Below are positions 9,557 to 18,767 of a DNA stretch of 64,000 nucleotides, piece by piece. The notes beneath the pieces are model-generated. The model worked only from the letters and a program-made list of their open reading frames with translations. It searched no databases and was not told the DNA's origin. The position numbers and the translations under genes were made by a program. The stretch's first letter is position 1; the number at the start of each line of letters is the position of its first letter. The stretch is taken from the NCBI GenBank assembly GCA_051859245.1, contig JBHYGA010000006.1, forward strand, positions 192,001 to 256,000, in the 5' to 3' direction. This DNA is from Gemmatimonadaceae bacterium. GTDB lineage: Bacteria > Gemmatimonadota > Gemmatimonadetes > Gemmatimonadales > Gemmatimonadaceae.

Positions 9557-9850
9557 CTAGCGCGATTCCTCGCGTTCGTCGAGCAACGCCTGGACTGCCG
9601 AGGCGCCTGACGTGGGTTCTCCAATCGGCAGCTCCAGCCATGCGAGATCCGGCTGCTTCGCGGGGAGAATAAGTCGGCCTTGCTGCGCCAGCTCGATGGC
9701 ACTGGCCGACACTCCGGTGGGCGTCACCACCGGCGCCAACTGCGCCACGGGCACCCCTCGATCGGTAATCACGATCGACGCTCCGCCGCGGACTTCCTGC
9801 AGGAGGGCACTCAGACTGTTCTTTGCGGCCGAAACGGAGATGGAACGCAT
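9557..9850 (-). CDS. Phd/YefM family antitoxin
   Basis: ISVSAAKNSLSALL...VITDRGVPVA; abuts vapC with no gap. Confidence 0.88.
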   Translation of the reverse strand: MRSISVSAAKNSLSALLQEVRGGASIVITDRGVPVAQLAPVVTPTGVSASAIELAQQGRLILPAKQPDLAWLELPIGEPTSGASAVQALLDEREESR

Positions 9851-9851
9851 C

Positions 9852-9866
9852 TGGCTATAATAGCCA
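9852..9866. promoter_or_regulatory. Palindromic operator candidate for TA autoregulation
   Basis: TGGCTAT-A-ATAGCCA, perfect 7-bp arms, 1 bp upstream of the antitoxin start codon. Confidence 0.6.
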
Positions 9867-9941
9867 TTTCAATTTTCTCTGACAATGCACATTCGCGTCC
9901 GGCCCGCCAGAAAGATCCGCAACTACAAGTATTAAAACGGG

Positions 9942-11207
9942 TTACGGATTCCCCTGCGCCGTACTCGGCGTCACCCGCCAGATCTCGCCACCATCGGTGG
10001 CCACGTACAGGTTGCCATCTGGCCCCTGCGTGAGCGCGCGATACCGCGTGGCCGGCAGCCCCGAGTTCATCGTGGACGTGGTACTACCCGTCGCATCGAG
10101 CGTGAGCAGTTCTAGCCGCTGACCGGCCATGATGCCTACCGCCAGACGGCCATTCCACGTGCCCCACTGCACGCCATTGAGAAACGCGATGGGCGACATG
10201 CCCTGTGATGCGCCGTTGTTTGTCCACGACGCGCGCATGGCGTTCGGGAAACGCGCCAGATCCGTCATGGGCATGGTGGTCGCGGTGCCCGCGTAGCCGC
10301 AGTACCCGTCAGGACAGTTCAGCCCCGTGCGATTCTGCGGATCCCAACCGCCGTTGCCGCCGGCCACAAGCGGCGTGACTTCGTCGCTGTGATTCGGGCC
10401 GTGCTCGCCAACAAATACCTGGCCCGTGCCCGGACGAAATGCGATGCCCTGCACATTGCGATGTCCGTATGTGAAAATGCGCGTGTCAAATCCGGCCGGT
10501 GGATTGTTGCCCGATGCCGCCGTACCGTCGCGTGTGACGCGCAAGACTTTTCCGCCGAGCAGCGTTGGGCTCTGCGGCAATACGGGGTTGTGATTGTCGC
10601 CGGTGGTGATGTACAAGTTGCCGTCAGGACCAAATCGAATGCGCCCGCCGCTGTGCGCACCGGCTGAGCCATGCGCATTGCCCACGTGCTTGAACGCAAT
10701 GTCCGTCACGATGTCGGTGCGTGCACTCGCCGAAGTAAACCCTTCGTTGAGCTGCAACCGCACCACACGATTGGTGCGCGGATTCGCGTTGATGTTCGAC
10801 GCCATGTACACGTAGATCGTGCGATTCGTGGCGAACTGTGGATCAAGCGCGACGCCATGCATGCCGCTTTGCCCCTGACACACGAGATCCGGCGCGACAA
10901 GCGCCGACCCTGTGGTGCCAAAGAGACGCGTGATCGAACCGTCCACGCGACGCACCGACAGACCGCGACATTTCTCGGTGAAAAACATCACGCCGTCAGC
11001 GTTGAACGCGATGTCCCACGGACCCGCGAGCCCGGTCATGAGCACGGTACGCGTGAGCGTTGGCGTGCTGGTTTCCGGCGGGTTGGGCTCGGTAATCGGT
11101 GGTTCTATCTCGGCCGGATCGCTACCGCCGCAGGCGAGGGCGGCGAGTGACAACACCAGCACGGGGACGCGCGAGGCTCGAAACACAGAGCGGGATAAAG
11201 AGGGCAT
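9942..11207 (-). CDS. PQQ-dependent sugar dehydrogenase (soluble glucose/sorbosone dehydrogenase family) lipoprotein
   Basis: Lipobox LAC; HSGGRIRFGPDGxLY, GKVLR, YGHRNVQG, EHGP...DE. Confidence 0.88.
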   Translation of the reverse strand: MPSLSRSVFRASRVPVLVLSLAALACGGSDPAEIEPPITEPNPPETSTPTLTRTVLMTGLAGPWDIAFNADGVMFFTEKCRGLSVRRVDGSITRLFGTTGSALVAPDLVCQGQSGMHGVALDPQFATNRTIYVYMASNINANPRTNRVVRLQLNEGFTSASARTDIVTDIAFKHVGNAHGSAGAHSGGRIRFGPDGNLYITTGDNHNPVLPQSPTLLGGKVLRVTRDGTAASGNNPPAGFDTRIFTYGHRNVQGIAFRPGTGQVFVGEHGPNHSDEVTPLVAGGNGGWDPQNRTGLNCPDGYCGYAGTATTMPMTDLARFPNAMRASWTNNGASQGMSPIAFLNGVQWGTWNGRLAVGIMAGQRLELLTLDATGSTTSTMNSGLPATRYRALTQGPDGNLYVATDGGEIWRVTPSTAQGNP

Positions 11208-11276
11208 GCTGAATCATACCGGCCACGTCCAGACAAGTGCCCTCTCGTGACCACCGTCACCCGCACAGTGTGCCGA

Positions 11277-11996
11277 TCAGGGCCCGGGCTGTTGCACTCG
11301 CGCGGCGCCGGGCTGAATGGCGCGGAACACCAGCTCCGTGAGGAAGTCGGTGGTGGAGCCGTCGCGATTGTGCTGCGATACGTCGGTCAGTGCCGGCAGG
11401 TGTTCGGCGAAGTATTTCTGCATGTGCGAGCTTTCCATCACCGTGGACACCAGCGCCGCCGGATACCGGTAGTCCGGATTGATCTCGGCAATGATGTCCG
11501 CCACGCTCCGGCACAGCCGCTTGTAACTGCGAAACAGTCCTTCGCGGTTCTCATCGTCAACGGCACGATTCAGATACGCTTTGGACGATTCGGCCACGAC
11601 CACCCGATACAACGCGCCTTCATCGATATGTGGCGTGGCGTCGTCGGCGACGATCGGTTGCGTGAGCTCACGCAACGCCAGCCGTAAACGCTGCTCGGCG
11701 GACACGACATTGCTCGTGGCCAGCAGCAGCCGATACTCCATCCAGTTCCAGTACCACGACGTGAGGTACAACAACAGCCGCTGCTTGCTTGGAAAGTACC
11801 GGTAGACCGTGGCCTCGGTGCTCCCGATACGCTGCGCCAACTTGCGGAACGTGAACGACTCGAACCCGATCTCGTCGATGAGCAGAATACTGTGCTCAAG
11901 AATTCGCCGGCCCATTTCCGACGAGTTCGGGTCCTTGCCAAACAATTTTTCGTCTACGTGCAGCGTGACTCGCACGCCACTGACAGACACGTTCAT
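11277..11996 (-). CDS. TetR/AcrR family regulator
   Basis: HTH GFESFTFRKLAQRIGSTEATVYRYFPSK. Confidence 0.9.
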   Translation of the reverse strand: MNVSVSGVRVTLHVDEKLFGKDPNSSEMGRRILEHSILLIDEIGFESFTFRKLAQRIGSTEATVYRYFPSKQRLLLYLTSWYWNWMEYRLLLATSNVVSAEQRLRLALRELTQPIVADDATPHIDEGALYRVVVAESSKAYLNRAVDDENREGLFRSYKRLCRSVADIIAEINPDYRYPAALVSTVMESSHMQKYFAEHLPALTDVSQHNRDGSTTDFLTELVFRAIQPGAARVQQPGP

Positions 11997-12019
11997 GGTG
12001 TTACTCGTGCGGGCAGAAA

Positions 12020-12667
12020 TCAGGCCGCAGTGGCCGGCGCAAGTGCGTCATGGAATTCTACCGTACCTGTCTCCACATCGTACATCCCCCCAACGAGCGC
12101 AATCTCGCCGCGATCGAGCATGCCGGCGAGCACCTCGCTGCGCTCGACGATCTGACGCTGCACCATCTCGACGTTGAGCATGGCCACGCGCTCCACGAAC
12201 TCGCCGTTGCTCGATGAGCGGTTTACTGTCGTCTCACTCTCCGCATCAACGGCCGGCTGAATTTTTGAGAGCAGTGCGGTGAGGTTGCCCATTTGGGCGC
12301 CGTCGCACGCACCCTTGATCGCGCCGCACTTGGAGTGGCCGAGCACAACAATCGCCTTGGATCCGGCGAGCTTGCAGGCGAATTCCATGCTGCCAAGAAT
12401 GTCTTCGTTGAGCACATTGCCCGCGATGCGGCAGCTGAAAATGTCGCCAAGGCCCTGGTCAAAAATCAGCTCGGCCGACGTGCGTGAATCAATGCAGCTG
12501 AGCACAATGGCCATGGGGTGCTGGCCTTCGCTCGTGGCGTTGACTTGCTCGAGCAAGTCGCGGTTCGACTTGAGATTGTTGACAAACCGCTCGTTGCCGC
12601 GGCGCAGCACGTCAAGCACCATCTCGGGGGTGAGTGCATCACGCACTTCACGGGTCAGTGTCTTCAT
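12020..12667 (-). CDS. Beta-class carbonic anhydrase
   Basis: GNERF, CIDSR, GHSKCGA zinc ligands. Confidence 0.93.
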   Translation of the reverse strand: MKTLTREVRDALTPEMVLDVLRRGNERFVNNLKSNRDLLEQVNATSEGQHPMAIVLSCIDSRTSAELIFDQGLGDIFSCRIAGNVLNEDILGSMEFACKLAGSKAIVVLGHSKCGAIKGACDGAQMGNLTALLSKIQPAVDAESETTVNRSSSNGEFVERVAMLNVEMVQRQIVERSEVLAGMLDRGEIALVGGMYDVETGTVEFHDALAPATAA

Positions 12668-14283
12668 AGTTTGGAAGAGGTCAGAGGAGTGGAGCGGGAC
12701 GCAGAATCTGACGAAGCATTTGGTACGGCGGACGACACAATCGCCTGAAACGGCGCGTCGAGTGAGATGCCCTGCAGGTCAACAACGATGCGACGCGCAG
12801 GCGCGGTATTACGGAAATCGCGAAGGATTTCGAGCACATCGAAATCCACGACCTTCGAGCGCGATCCGTCGATCACGACATGTGAGTCCTCAGGGATTTC
12901 CTGCAGCTGCTGCAGAATGCTTCCCTTGTTCAGGAACGACACTTCTTCAGCGAGCTGGATACGGAACTCAAGCGCTTCCGGGTGACGCATGGTCACCGAG
13001 AACGGATTCTTCAGATTGTGGTGCAGCACCACAGCGATACCAACCGCGAGTCCGATACCAATGCCGGTGAGCAGATCGAACGCGAGAATGCCCGCAACCG
13101 TCGCCACAAACGGCGTGAACTGCTCCCACCCGTGTCGATACATCTGCACAAACAGCGCGGGCTTGGAAAGCTTGTAACCAACAACGAGCAGGATCGCCGC
13201 CAATGTGGCCAGCGGAATCAGATTGAGCACACCGGGGATTGCGATCACGCACAGCAGAATCAGCACGCCGTGCAGAATCGCCGACATTTTGGTGCGTCCA
13301 CCGAATGAGATGTTCGCGGAGCTGCGCACAATGACCTGCGTAATGGGCAAACCGCCGATCAATCCGGATACGATGTTGCCAATACCTTGCGCCTTAAGTT
13401 CACGATTGGTTGGCGTGATGCGCTTCTGCGGATCGAGACGATCGGTGGCTTCCACGCAGAGCAGCGTTTCGATGCTGGCAATGAGTGCGAGCACCAAGGC
13501 CACGATGTACACATCGGTGCGTGCAAGCGCGCTGAAATCGGGCGTGGAGAACTGTGCCAGAAACTCGGACACGCTGCCCGCCACAGGAATGGCGACCAGC
13601 TGCTCCGGTGCGAGCGTGAACGGAATGGCGCCCGAAGCCATCAGCCCGCTCATCAGGATGCCCACCGCAACCGCGGCCAACGGTCCCGGAATGGTGCGAA
13701 AGAACTTCGCCCGCGGTGCGAGCACGTTCTCCCAGCTCACGAGCAGTACTAGCGCGATGGCCGACACCAGCAACGCACCCGGCGTAATCGCGTCCAGCAT
13801 ATGCGCGACAGGATTCAGCGCGGCGTCGCCGCCCGTGGTGACCAGCTCTTCCTGCTTGCCACCCACGTAGCCGAGCGCGTGGGGCACCTGCTTGATGATG
13901 ATGAGGAGCCCGATGCCGGAGAGCATGCCCTTGATCACCGACGACGGGAAGTAGTACGCGATGGCCCCGAGTCCGGCGAAGCCCATCAGGATTTGCAGCA
14001 CGCCGGCGAGTACAACGGCCACCAGGAAGGCCTCGAACGAGCCGCCGAGGGTGGCAATGGCGCCCAGCACGATGACCGCCAGTCCCGCGGCCGGTCCGCT
14101 CACGCCGAGGGCTGAGCCGCTCACGCCGCCCACCACGATGCCGCCCACGATGCCGGCAATGATGCCTGAAAACAGGGGCGCTCCGGAGGCGAGCGCGATG
14201 CCAAGACACAGGGGGACGGCCACGAAAAACACGACAATGCTGGCCGGCAGGTCGTGCTTGATGTTCTTCAGCAGCTCGGACAT
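12664..14283 (-). CDS. SulP/SLC26 family anion (probably bicarbonate) transporter
   Basis: DLPASIVVFFVAVPLCLGIALASGAP, VSGPAAGL, NRELKAQGIGN, C-terminal STAS-like region; 4-bp overlap with carbonic anhydrase. Confidence 0.93.
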   Translation of the reverse strand: MSELLKNIKHDLPASIVVFFVAVPLCLGIALASGAPLFSGIIAGIVGGIVVGGVSGSALGVSGPAAGLAVIVLGAIATLGGSFEAFLVAVVLAGVLQILMGFAGLGAIAYYFPSSVIKGMLSGIGLLIIIKQVPHALGYVGGKQEELVTTGGDAALNPVAHMLDAITPGALLVSAIALVLLVSWENVLAPRAKFFRTIPGPLAAVAVGILMSGLMASGAIPFTLAPEQLVAIPVAGSVSEFLAQFSTPDFSALARTDVYIVALVLALIASIETLLCVEATDRLDPQKRITPTNRELKAQGIGNIVSGLIGGLPITQVIVRSSANISFGGRTKMSAILHGVLILLCVIAIPGVLNLIPLATLAAILLVVGYKLSKPALFVQMYRHGWEQFTPFVATVAGILAFDLLTGIGIGLAVGIAVVLHHNLKNPFSVTMRHPEALEFRIQLAEEVSFLNKGSILQQLQEIPEDSHVVIDGSRSKVVDFDVLEILRDFRNTAPARRIVVDLQGISLDAPFQAIVSSAVPNASSDSASRSTPLTSSKL

Positions 14284-14316
14284 GGGGTCAAGTGAGCGCG
14301 GAGGTGGGGACGCCAA

Positions 14317-14371
14317 TCGATAGTGTTTTACTATGAATAAATAATAGTATTACTATCGAAAGGGGCGTCAA
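14317..14371 (-). promoter_or_regulatory. Sigma70-like promoter overlapped by tandem palindromic operators
   Basis: Minus-strand TTGACG (14371-14366), 16-bp spacer, TACTAT (14349-14344); palindromes ATAGT-N5-ACTAT (14320-14334) and ATAGT-N3-ACTAT (14344-14356) in an AT-rich patch. Confidence 0.65.
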
Positions 14372-14432
14372 GTACTGCCGCGCTCTCTCGTATCCGGTGG
14401 CCCTGCTACCTCGTTGGCGAGTGCCGCATTGT

Positions 14433-15959
14433 CTAGCGGCAGCGCCTCACGTCAACCACGGCGCGTTCGCCGCGTTTCACGGACACGGCCACCGTCTGCG
14501 TTCTTCCGTTCAGGGAGCAGGTGAACGTCCACGATTCCGGGATCCACGCTTTGGCCTTCTGGCTTGGCCTGGGCGAGGGATTCACGTGCCAGTCGATCTG
14601 TGTTTTGCCCGCGGGCATGGTGATTGACGACGTGAGCGCCATCGGGAACGTGAACGCCGGATCGGTGGTGCGATCCTCTTTCAGCAGCGGCGACGTTTCC
14701 AGCGTGATCGACTTGGAAATGGTGAGCGTTGCTCCAGCTGGCGCGCGCACATCGAGCACCGAGTGTCGCGCCGGATCAGCCGCTGCACCGAGTAACCGAA
14801 TGAACGCATTGCGTGCACTGCTGGCCGGATAGGCACCGGTGCCGAAGTACTGATCAATGACAAACGAATACGGCGGATGAAACCGTTCGCGTTGACGCGG
14901 TGTGTGTTCAAACGTGAAGGCAAACGTGCCGGCTGAGTAGTACGCCGTTTGCTCCATCGTGCCGGCGGCAGTGTAATAGATCTCCGGCCATGGTCCGGCT
15001 TCCCACGACATGTCGCGGCCGAGTGCTTGCGCGAGTTCGTCGTACGCGTCCACGTCGGCCGGAATGGGTTCTTCGGTTGAACTCGGCACGCGCAACACTT
15101 TGGCATCGGGGGTGTGATTGCTGAGCGCGACGACTACTTGATGTGACGCCATCAAGTCGCGCATCGCACGAGTTTCTGGTTCCGAAAACGGTGCTTCACC
15201 GCGTGCACTGCCGCCGCTGGTTCCGATGGTGGCTCCACTGCCGCCCCAGAACGCGCCGTAGTTGCGATTGATGTCAACGCCTGCGTTCGTTTGCTGCGGC
15301 GACGCGCACTCAGACCACGTGGGCGTTTGTCCCATCGTGATGCGACAGTTCTTGCGCTTCTGCTCGTTGAGCAGTGAACGCGACATGTCGTAGCCGTCTG
15401 GATTGACCACGGGCACAAGAATTACGCGCACGCTGTCGAGCAATCGTGTGATGACAGGATCCACACCATCGTTCTTGAGCAGATCCCACGCGAACTCCAT
15501 GGTGAGGTCAACGGTGGGCCATTCGCGTGCGTGGTGCAGTCCCGTCATGAGAAACACGGGTTTGCCGGAACTCGCTTGCACATCGTGCGTGATTTCGAGC
15601 GCGTAGATGCGCTGACCGAGCAGTGATCGGTGCGAGAGTTCAAAACGCTTCACCGTTTTTGGATACTGCGCGGCGATGCGCTCGAGTTCGGTGGTGGTCT
15701 CGCTGAGTGTGCGGTACGTGACGCGGCCGGTTGGCAGTGGTGACGGGTAGGGAATGGGTGGTGGTGCGGGCTGGGCGGCGGGGCGTTGTGCGGCGCCGGG
15801 GGGTGATGTGGGTGGCGCTGCGGAGGGTGTCGGTGTTGCGGCTGGTGTCGCGGCTGGTGCAGGCGTGGGTGCAGGCGTTGCCGGCGTGCGTGTGGATGAG
15901 CACGCGGTGATCGCGGCAAGGAGTGTGCAGCTGAGCAGGGTGAATCGCGGTGCGTTCAC
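14433..15959 (-). CDS. M14 zinc carboxypeptidase lipoprotein (start uncertain, 15959 or 16013)
   Basis: Lipobox ITAC, Pro/Ala/Thr linker, HHAREW, VNPDG, RKN, GVDINRN, PFSEPE. Confidence 0.88.
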   Translation of the reverse strand: MNAPRFTLLSCTLLAAITACSSTRTPATPAPTPAPAATPAATPTPSAAPPTSPPGAAQRPAAQPAPPPIPYPSPLPTGRVTYRTLSETTTELERIAAQYPKTVKRFELSHRSLLGQRIYALEITHDVQASSGKPVFLMTGLHHAREWPTVDLTMEFAWDLLKNDGVDPVITRLLDSVRVILVPVVNPDGYDMSRSLLNEQKRKNCRITMGQTPTWSECASPQQTNAGVDINRNYGAFWGGSGATIGTSGGSARGEAPFSEPETRAMRDLMASHQVVVALSNHTPDAKVLRVPSSTEEPIPADVDAYDELAQALGRDMSWEAGPWPEIYYTAAGTMEQTAYYSAGTFAFTFEHTPRQRERFHPPYSFVIDQYFGTGAYPASSARNAFIRLLGAAADPARHSVLDVRAPAGATLTISKSITLETSPLLKEDRTTDPAFTFPMALTSSITMPAGKTQIDWHVNPSPRPSQKAKAWIPESWTFTCSLNGRTQTVAVSVKRGERAVVDVRRCR

Positions 15960-16143
15960 GGCGGTGTGCGGGAGGGATGATGGGGCGAGTTGCGAAGCGG
16001 TGGTGTGCAACATGGCGCCACGTGCGTTGACTGGTAATCCTTGCGCGGCGCGTGCTGAATCGCGGCGGTTGCAGTGCGCCCGCATGGCGTTGGTGCGGAC
16101 GAGCCTGACATCGTCTGTTCAATCGCCGCTCGGCGGCGGCTCG

Positions 16144-16172
16144 CGTTATGCTGCAATATTCGCAGCATAACG
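16144..16172. repeat. Perfect 11-bp inverted repeat at the head of the cassette array
   Basis: CGTTATGCTGC-AATATTC-GCAGCATAACG. Confidence 0.8.
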
Positions 16173-16275
16173 AGTCGCGCCGAGTGCGCGTTTGACGGGG
16201 TAAGCCGTTGCAGCGAATGTGCTTCAGCTGCTCGGCGGCGTTACGGACGTAATCGCTTAGGCCGCGAAATCGTGC

Positions 16276-16327
16276 GACATAACTGGCTGTTTGCAGTGAT
16301 CGCCTGCAGTCCAATTCTCGTTAGGTC
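16276..16327 (+). mobile_element. First integron-type core recombination site (attI-like or short attC)
   Basis: GTTAGGTC at 16320-16327 is the exact reverse complement of GACCTAAC at 16869-16876; GACATAAC at 16276-16283. Confidence 0.55.
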
Positions 16328-16354
16328 AGCGACAGACATCATCGGAGGGCGTAC

Positions 16355-16942
16355 ATGGTGCGGTTTCTTCGCATTCTCCGCGGCGGACTCGCCACCGCGA
16401 TCGTATGGGCGGGAACGTGGACGCTTGGCACAATTGCGCTCCGATTCGCCATGACGATACCAGGCAATGGAGCTCGCTCGACTGCCATGCCGCCACTTTT
16501 GTACGTGGCGATGATTGGGGCGATGAGCGGCCTTTTGTTCGCGATATTCCTCGTTTCCGAGCGGCGCCAGCGGTTGACCGACTTCTCGGTGCGGCGCGTC
16601 GGACTCTTGGGCGCTACGGCCGCGCTCATCCTGCCGCTCGGCTGGACGATCGGCTCGCTTGCGCTACATCCTAACTTCTTCTCGGAGGTCAGTCCGATTC
16701 CCCTGCTCGTCGCGTACGCCACGGCGGGCGCTCTGACCGCCGCAGGTTCATTCGTGCTGGCGCTCAAGCCGACTGGCACTCCGCCAAGCGACAGCGGCGG
16801 CCTTCTGGGTGCGCCGTTACCGGAGATCCATACGGACCGGCGCGCGGGTGCGAAGAGCGAGGCGACACGACCTAACCAAGCGTTGCTGCAGTCAGCCGCA
16901 AAGCTGTCGGTGGCGTTCGCTGCGCGAGCGCGTTTCGTTTGA
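16355..16942 (+). CDS. Cassette 1: hypothetical 4-TM membrane protein
   Basis: GGAGG RBS; four hydrophobic segments; C-terminus runs into attC. Confidence 0.7.
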   Translation: MVRFLRILRGGLATAIVWAGTWTLGTIALRFAMTIPGNGARSTAMPPLLYVAMIGAMSGLLFAIFLVSERRQRLTDFSVRRVGLLGATAALILPLGWTIGSLALHPNFFSEVSPIPLLVAYATAGALTAAGSFVLALKPTGTPPSDSGGLLGAPLPEIHTDRRAGAKSEATRPNQALLQSAAKLSVAFAARARFV

Positions 16943-16973
16943 GCGGCTGCAGCAGAACGCCAACTCGTTAGCT
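16870..16973 (+). mobile_element. attC site 1 (104 bp)
   Basis: ACCTAAC...GCGTTGCTGCAG...CTGCAGCAGAACGC...GTTAGCT imperfect palindrome. Confidence 0.8.
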
Positions 16974-17284
16974 GGCAGGACACACGCCCGTGCATCGGCA
17001 CCGTTGCACGAAGCATCGAACGAAAGCTCTGCCGTCGGACCCAACAACAATGCGACAGGTTAGCGCAGCGAACCCGTCGCGCTCGTGATCAGCCCCGTCG
17101 TCCGCAGCAACGCGCTAGGCCTTGGCGCAGCCACGCTCCTGCAGGTGTTACAAACCTGAAAAAGACATCGTCCACCGTATCGCAGGTCGAAGGAAAGAGA
17201 TATTGCGTCCCATGGGCGCGAGATCTCATTGGGCTGTGGAGCGCAGACAGAACCTTCTAACGACGATCGCGTCGGGAGGTATTG

Positions 17285-17821
17285 GTGAGTGAATTTAGTG
17301 AGAGTTATCATCTGCGCAGCAACTCGTCCGACGACGCCGTCGAACTGCTGCGCCGTATCGGGCGAAAAGGATACGTGTTCCCTCCAGCAAACGGCTGGGT
17401 ATCGTTTGTCGCAAACGAATGCGAGCTTGAAGCGGACGTGTCCATCGTGGCAACCGCGAAACGGCCTCTGCTGCACTATATGTTCGCCGAAGACTTTGGC
17501 TGGTTCTACGAGATCTTTGAAGATGCCAGCCGCACGGCGATGTACTCATGTTCATGGCATGAAGGCCTCGACCCGGAAGACGAATACTTCTCCCGCGGAA
17601 AGCTGCTGCAGATTGTTCCTGACGCAGAGTCGCAGCTGCTTGACGCGTTTGAAAGCCATCTTCGCCCCACAAGTCTTGATGACGTTCTGGAGAGCGAGCC
17701 AAGCAAGCTGTTCGCACGGGCAGTCAAATTGGTACACTTCGACTGGTTTGCGTACGAGTATGTGGAGATCACGATGCGTGACGCGCCGGATGAGTATCCT
17801 GACGTGATTGCGGTTCAATAG
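17285..17821 (+). CDS. Cassette 2: acidic hypothetical protein
   Basis: GGGAGG RBS before TTG/GTG; about 178-aa ORF between attC1 and attC2. Confidence 0.7.
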   Translation: MSEFSESYHLRSNSSDDAVELLRRIGRKGYVFPPANGWVSFVANECELEADVSIVATAKRPLLHYMFAEDFGWFYEIFEDASRTAMYSCSWHEGLDPEDEYFSRGKLLQIVPDAESQLLDAFESHLRPTSLDDVLESEPSKLFARAVKLVHFDWFAYEYVEITMRDAPDEYPDVIAVQ

Positions 17822-17891
17822 GCAACGGAGCATTCGATCGAAACTCCGTCCTGACATTTTGTATGGCGACGTCGTGGCGCTCGCTCCTGCC

Positions 17892-18014
17892 AGCTAACCT
17901 TGCATTGCTGCAGCCAAACGCTGCGACCATCGGTGTGGCGACCGCGGAGCGTTTCGGTGCGAATGCCCCGTTTGCTTTCGTGTGGGCGTTTGCTGCGGAA
18001 CGCGAGCGTTATGC
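17892..18014 (+). mobile_element. attC site 2 (123 bp)
   Basis: AGCTAAC...GCATTGCTGCAGCC...GCTGCGGAACGCGAGC-GTTATGC. Confidence 0.8.
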
Positions 18015-18060
18015 GAACCCCGGACGTCGACGCGCGTCACGTGACACTTTACATCTCGAA

Positions 18061-18342
18061 GTGATCAAGTCCTTCGCTGATCCTCAGACCGAAGAGCTGT
18101 TCCGGACCGGGAAAGCGAAGCGGGTCCCCACGGACGTGGCGCGCCGCGCGCTGCGCAAGCTTGAAGCGATACACGTGGCCATCCAGCTAGCCGACCTGCG
18201 CGTGCCGCCCGGCAACCGTCTGCACCCTCGGAACGGAGATCGCGCTGGGCAGCACGCCATCTCGGTCAACGATCAATGGCGCATTTGCTTCCGCTTCGAA
18301 GACGGCGATGCGTTCGACGTCGAGTTCTGCGACTACCACTAG
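18061..18342 (+). CDS. higB: Cassette 3: HigB (RelE/ParE superfamily) toxin
   Basis: VIKSFAD...DLRVPPGNRLH...GQHAISVNDQWRICFRF...DYH; toxin-first order. Confidence 0.92.
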   Translation: MIKSFADPQTEELFRTGKAKRVPTDVARRALRKLEAIHVAIQLADLRVPPGNRLHPRNGDRAGQHAISVNDQWRICFRFEDGDAFDVEFCDYH

Positions 18343-18357
18343 TCCGAGTATCCGCCT

Positions 18358-18672
18358 ATGAGTATGCCCAACACCCGACCGCTTGAGCGGCGCCCGATCC
18401 ATCCTGGTGAGATCCTGCGCGAGGAGTTCCTGCCGGAGTATGGCCTGTCGGTCACGGCGCTGGCCGAGGCGGCGGGCGTCTCACGACAGTCGATCAATGA
18501 ACTGCTGCGGGAGCGGCGCGCCGTCAGCCCGGAGATGGCGCTGCGGCTGGGCAGGTTGTTCGGGATGTCGCCCGAGTTCTGGCTTAATCTTCAGCGAAAC
18601 GTGGATCTGTGGGACGCAGCGAAGGAGTTGAAGCGGGAGATGTCCCACATTCGTCCGCTGCAGGTCGCATAA
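18358..18672 (+). CDS. higA: Cassette 3: HigA antitoxin (XRE HTH)
   Basis: HPGEILREEFL...VSPEMALRLGRLFGMSPEFWLNLQ; stop TAA lies inside the GCATAAC inverse core site. Confidence 0.93.
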   Translation: MSMPNTRPLERRPIHPGEILREEFLPEYGLSVTALAEAAGVSRQSINELLRERRAVSPEMALRLGRLFGMSPEFWLNLQRNVDLWDAAKELKREMSHIRPLQVA

Positions 18673-18762
18673 CGAGGGTTGGTGCTGATGGCCACGCTGC
18701 GGAAGCGGCGGCTGCGCCGCCGCGTTCTGTTTGAGTATCCGCAGCACGACCAAACGTTAGCT
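18667..18762 (+). mobile_element. attC site 3 (96 bp)
   Basis: GCATAAC...TTGGTGCTG...CAGCACGACCAAAC-GTTAGCT; central GCGGCGGCTGCGCCGCCGC hairpin. Confidence 0.8.
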
Positions 18763-18767
18763 GCCCC

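Noticed and set aside
17863..18060. N-terminal extension of HigB in the ORF track (159 aa)
   Set aside because: The extension is translated attC2; the HigB-like sequence starts at GTG 18061
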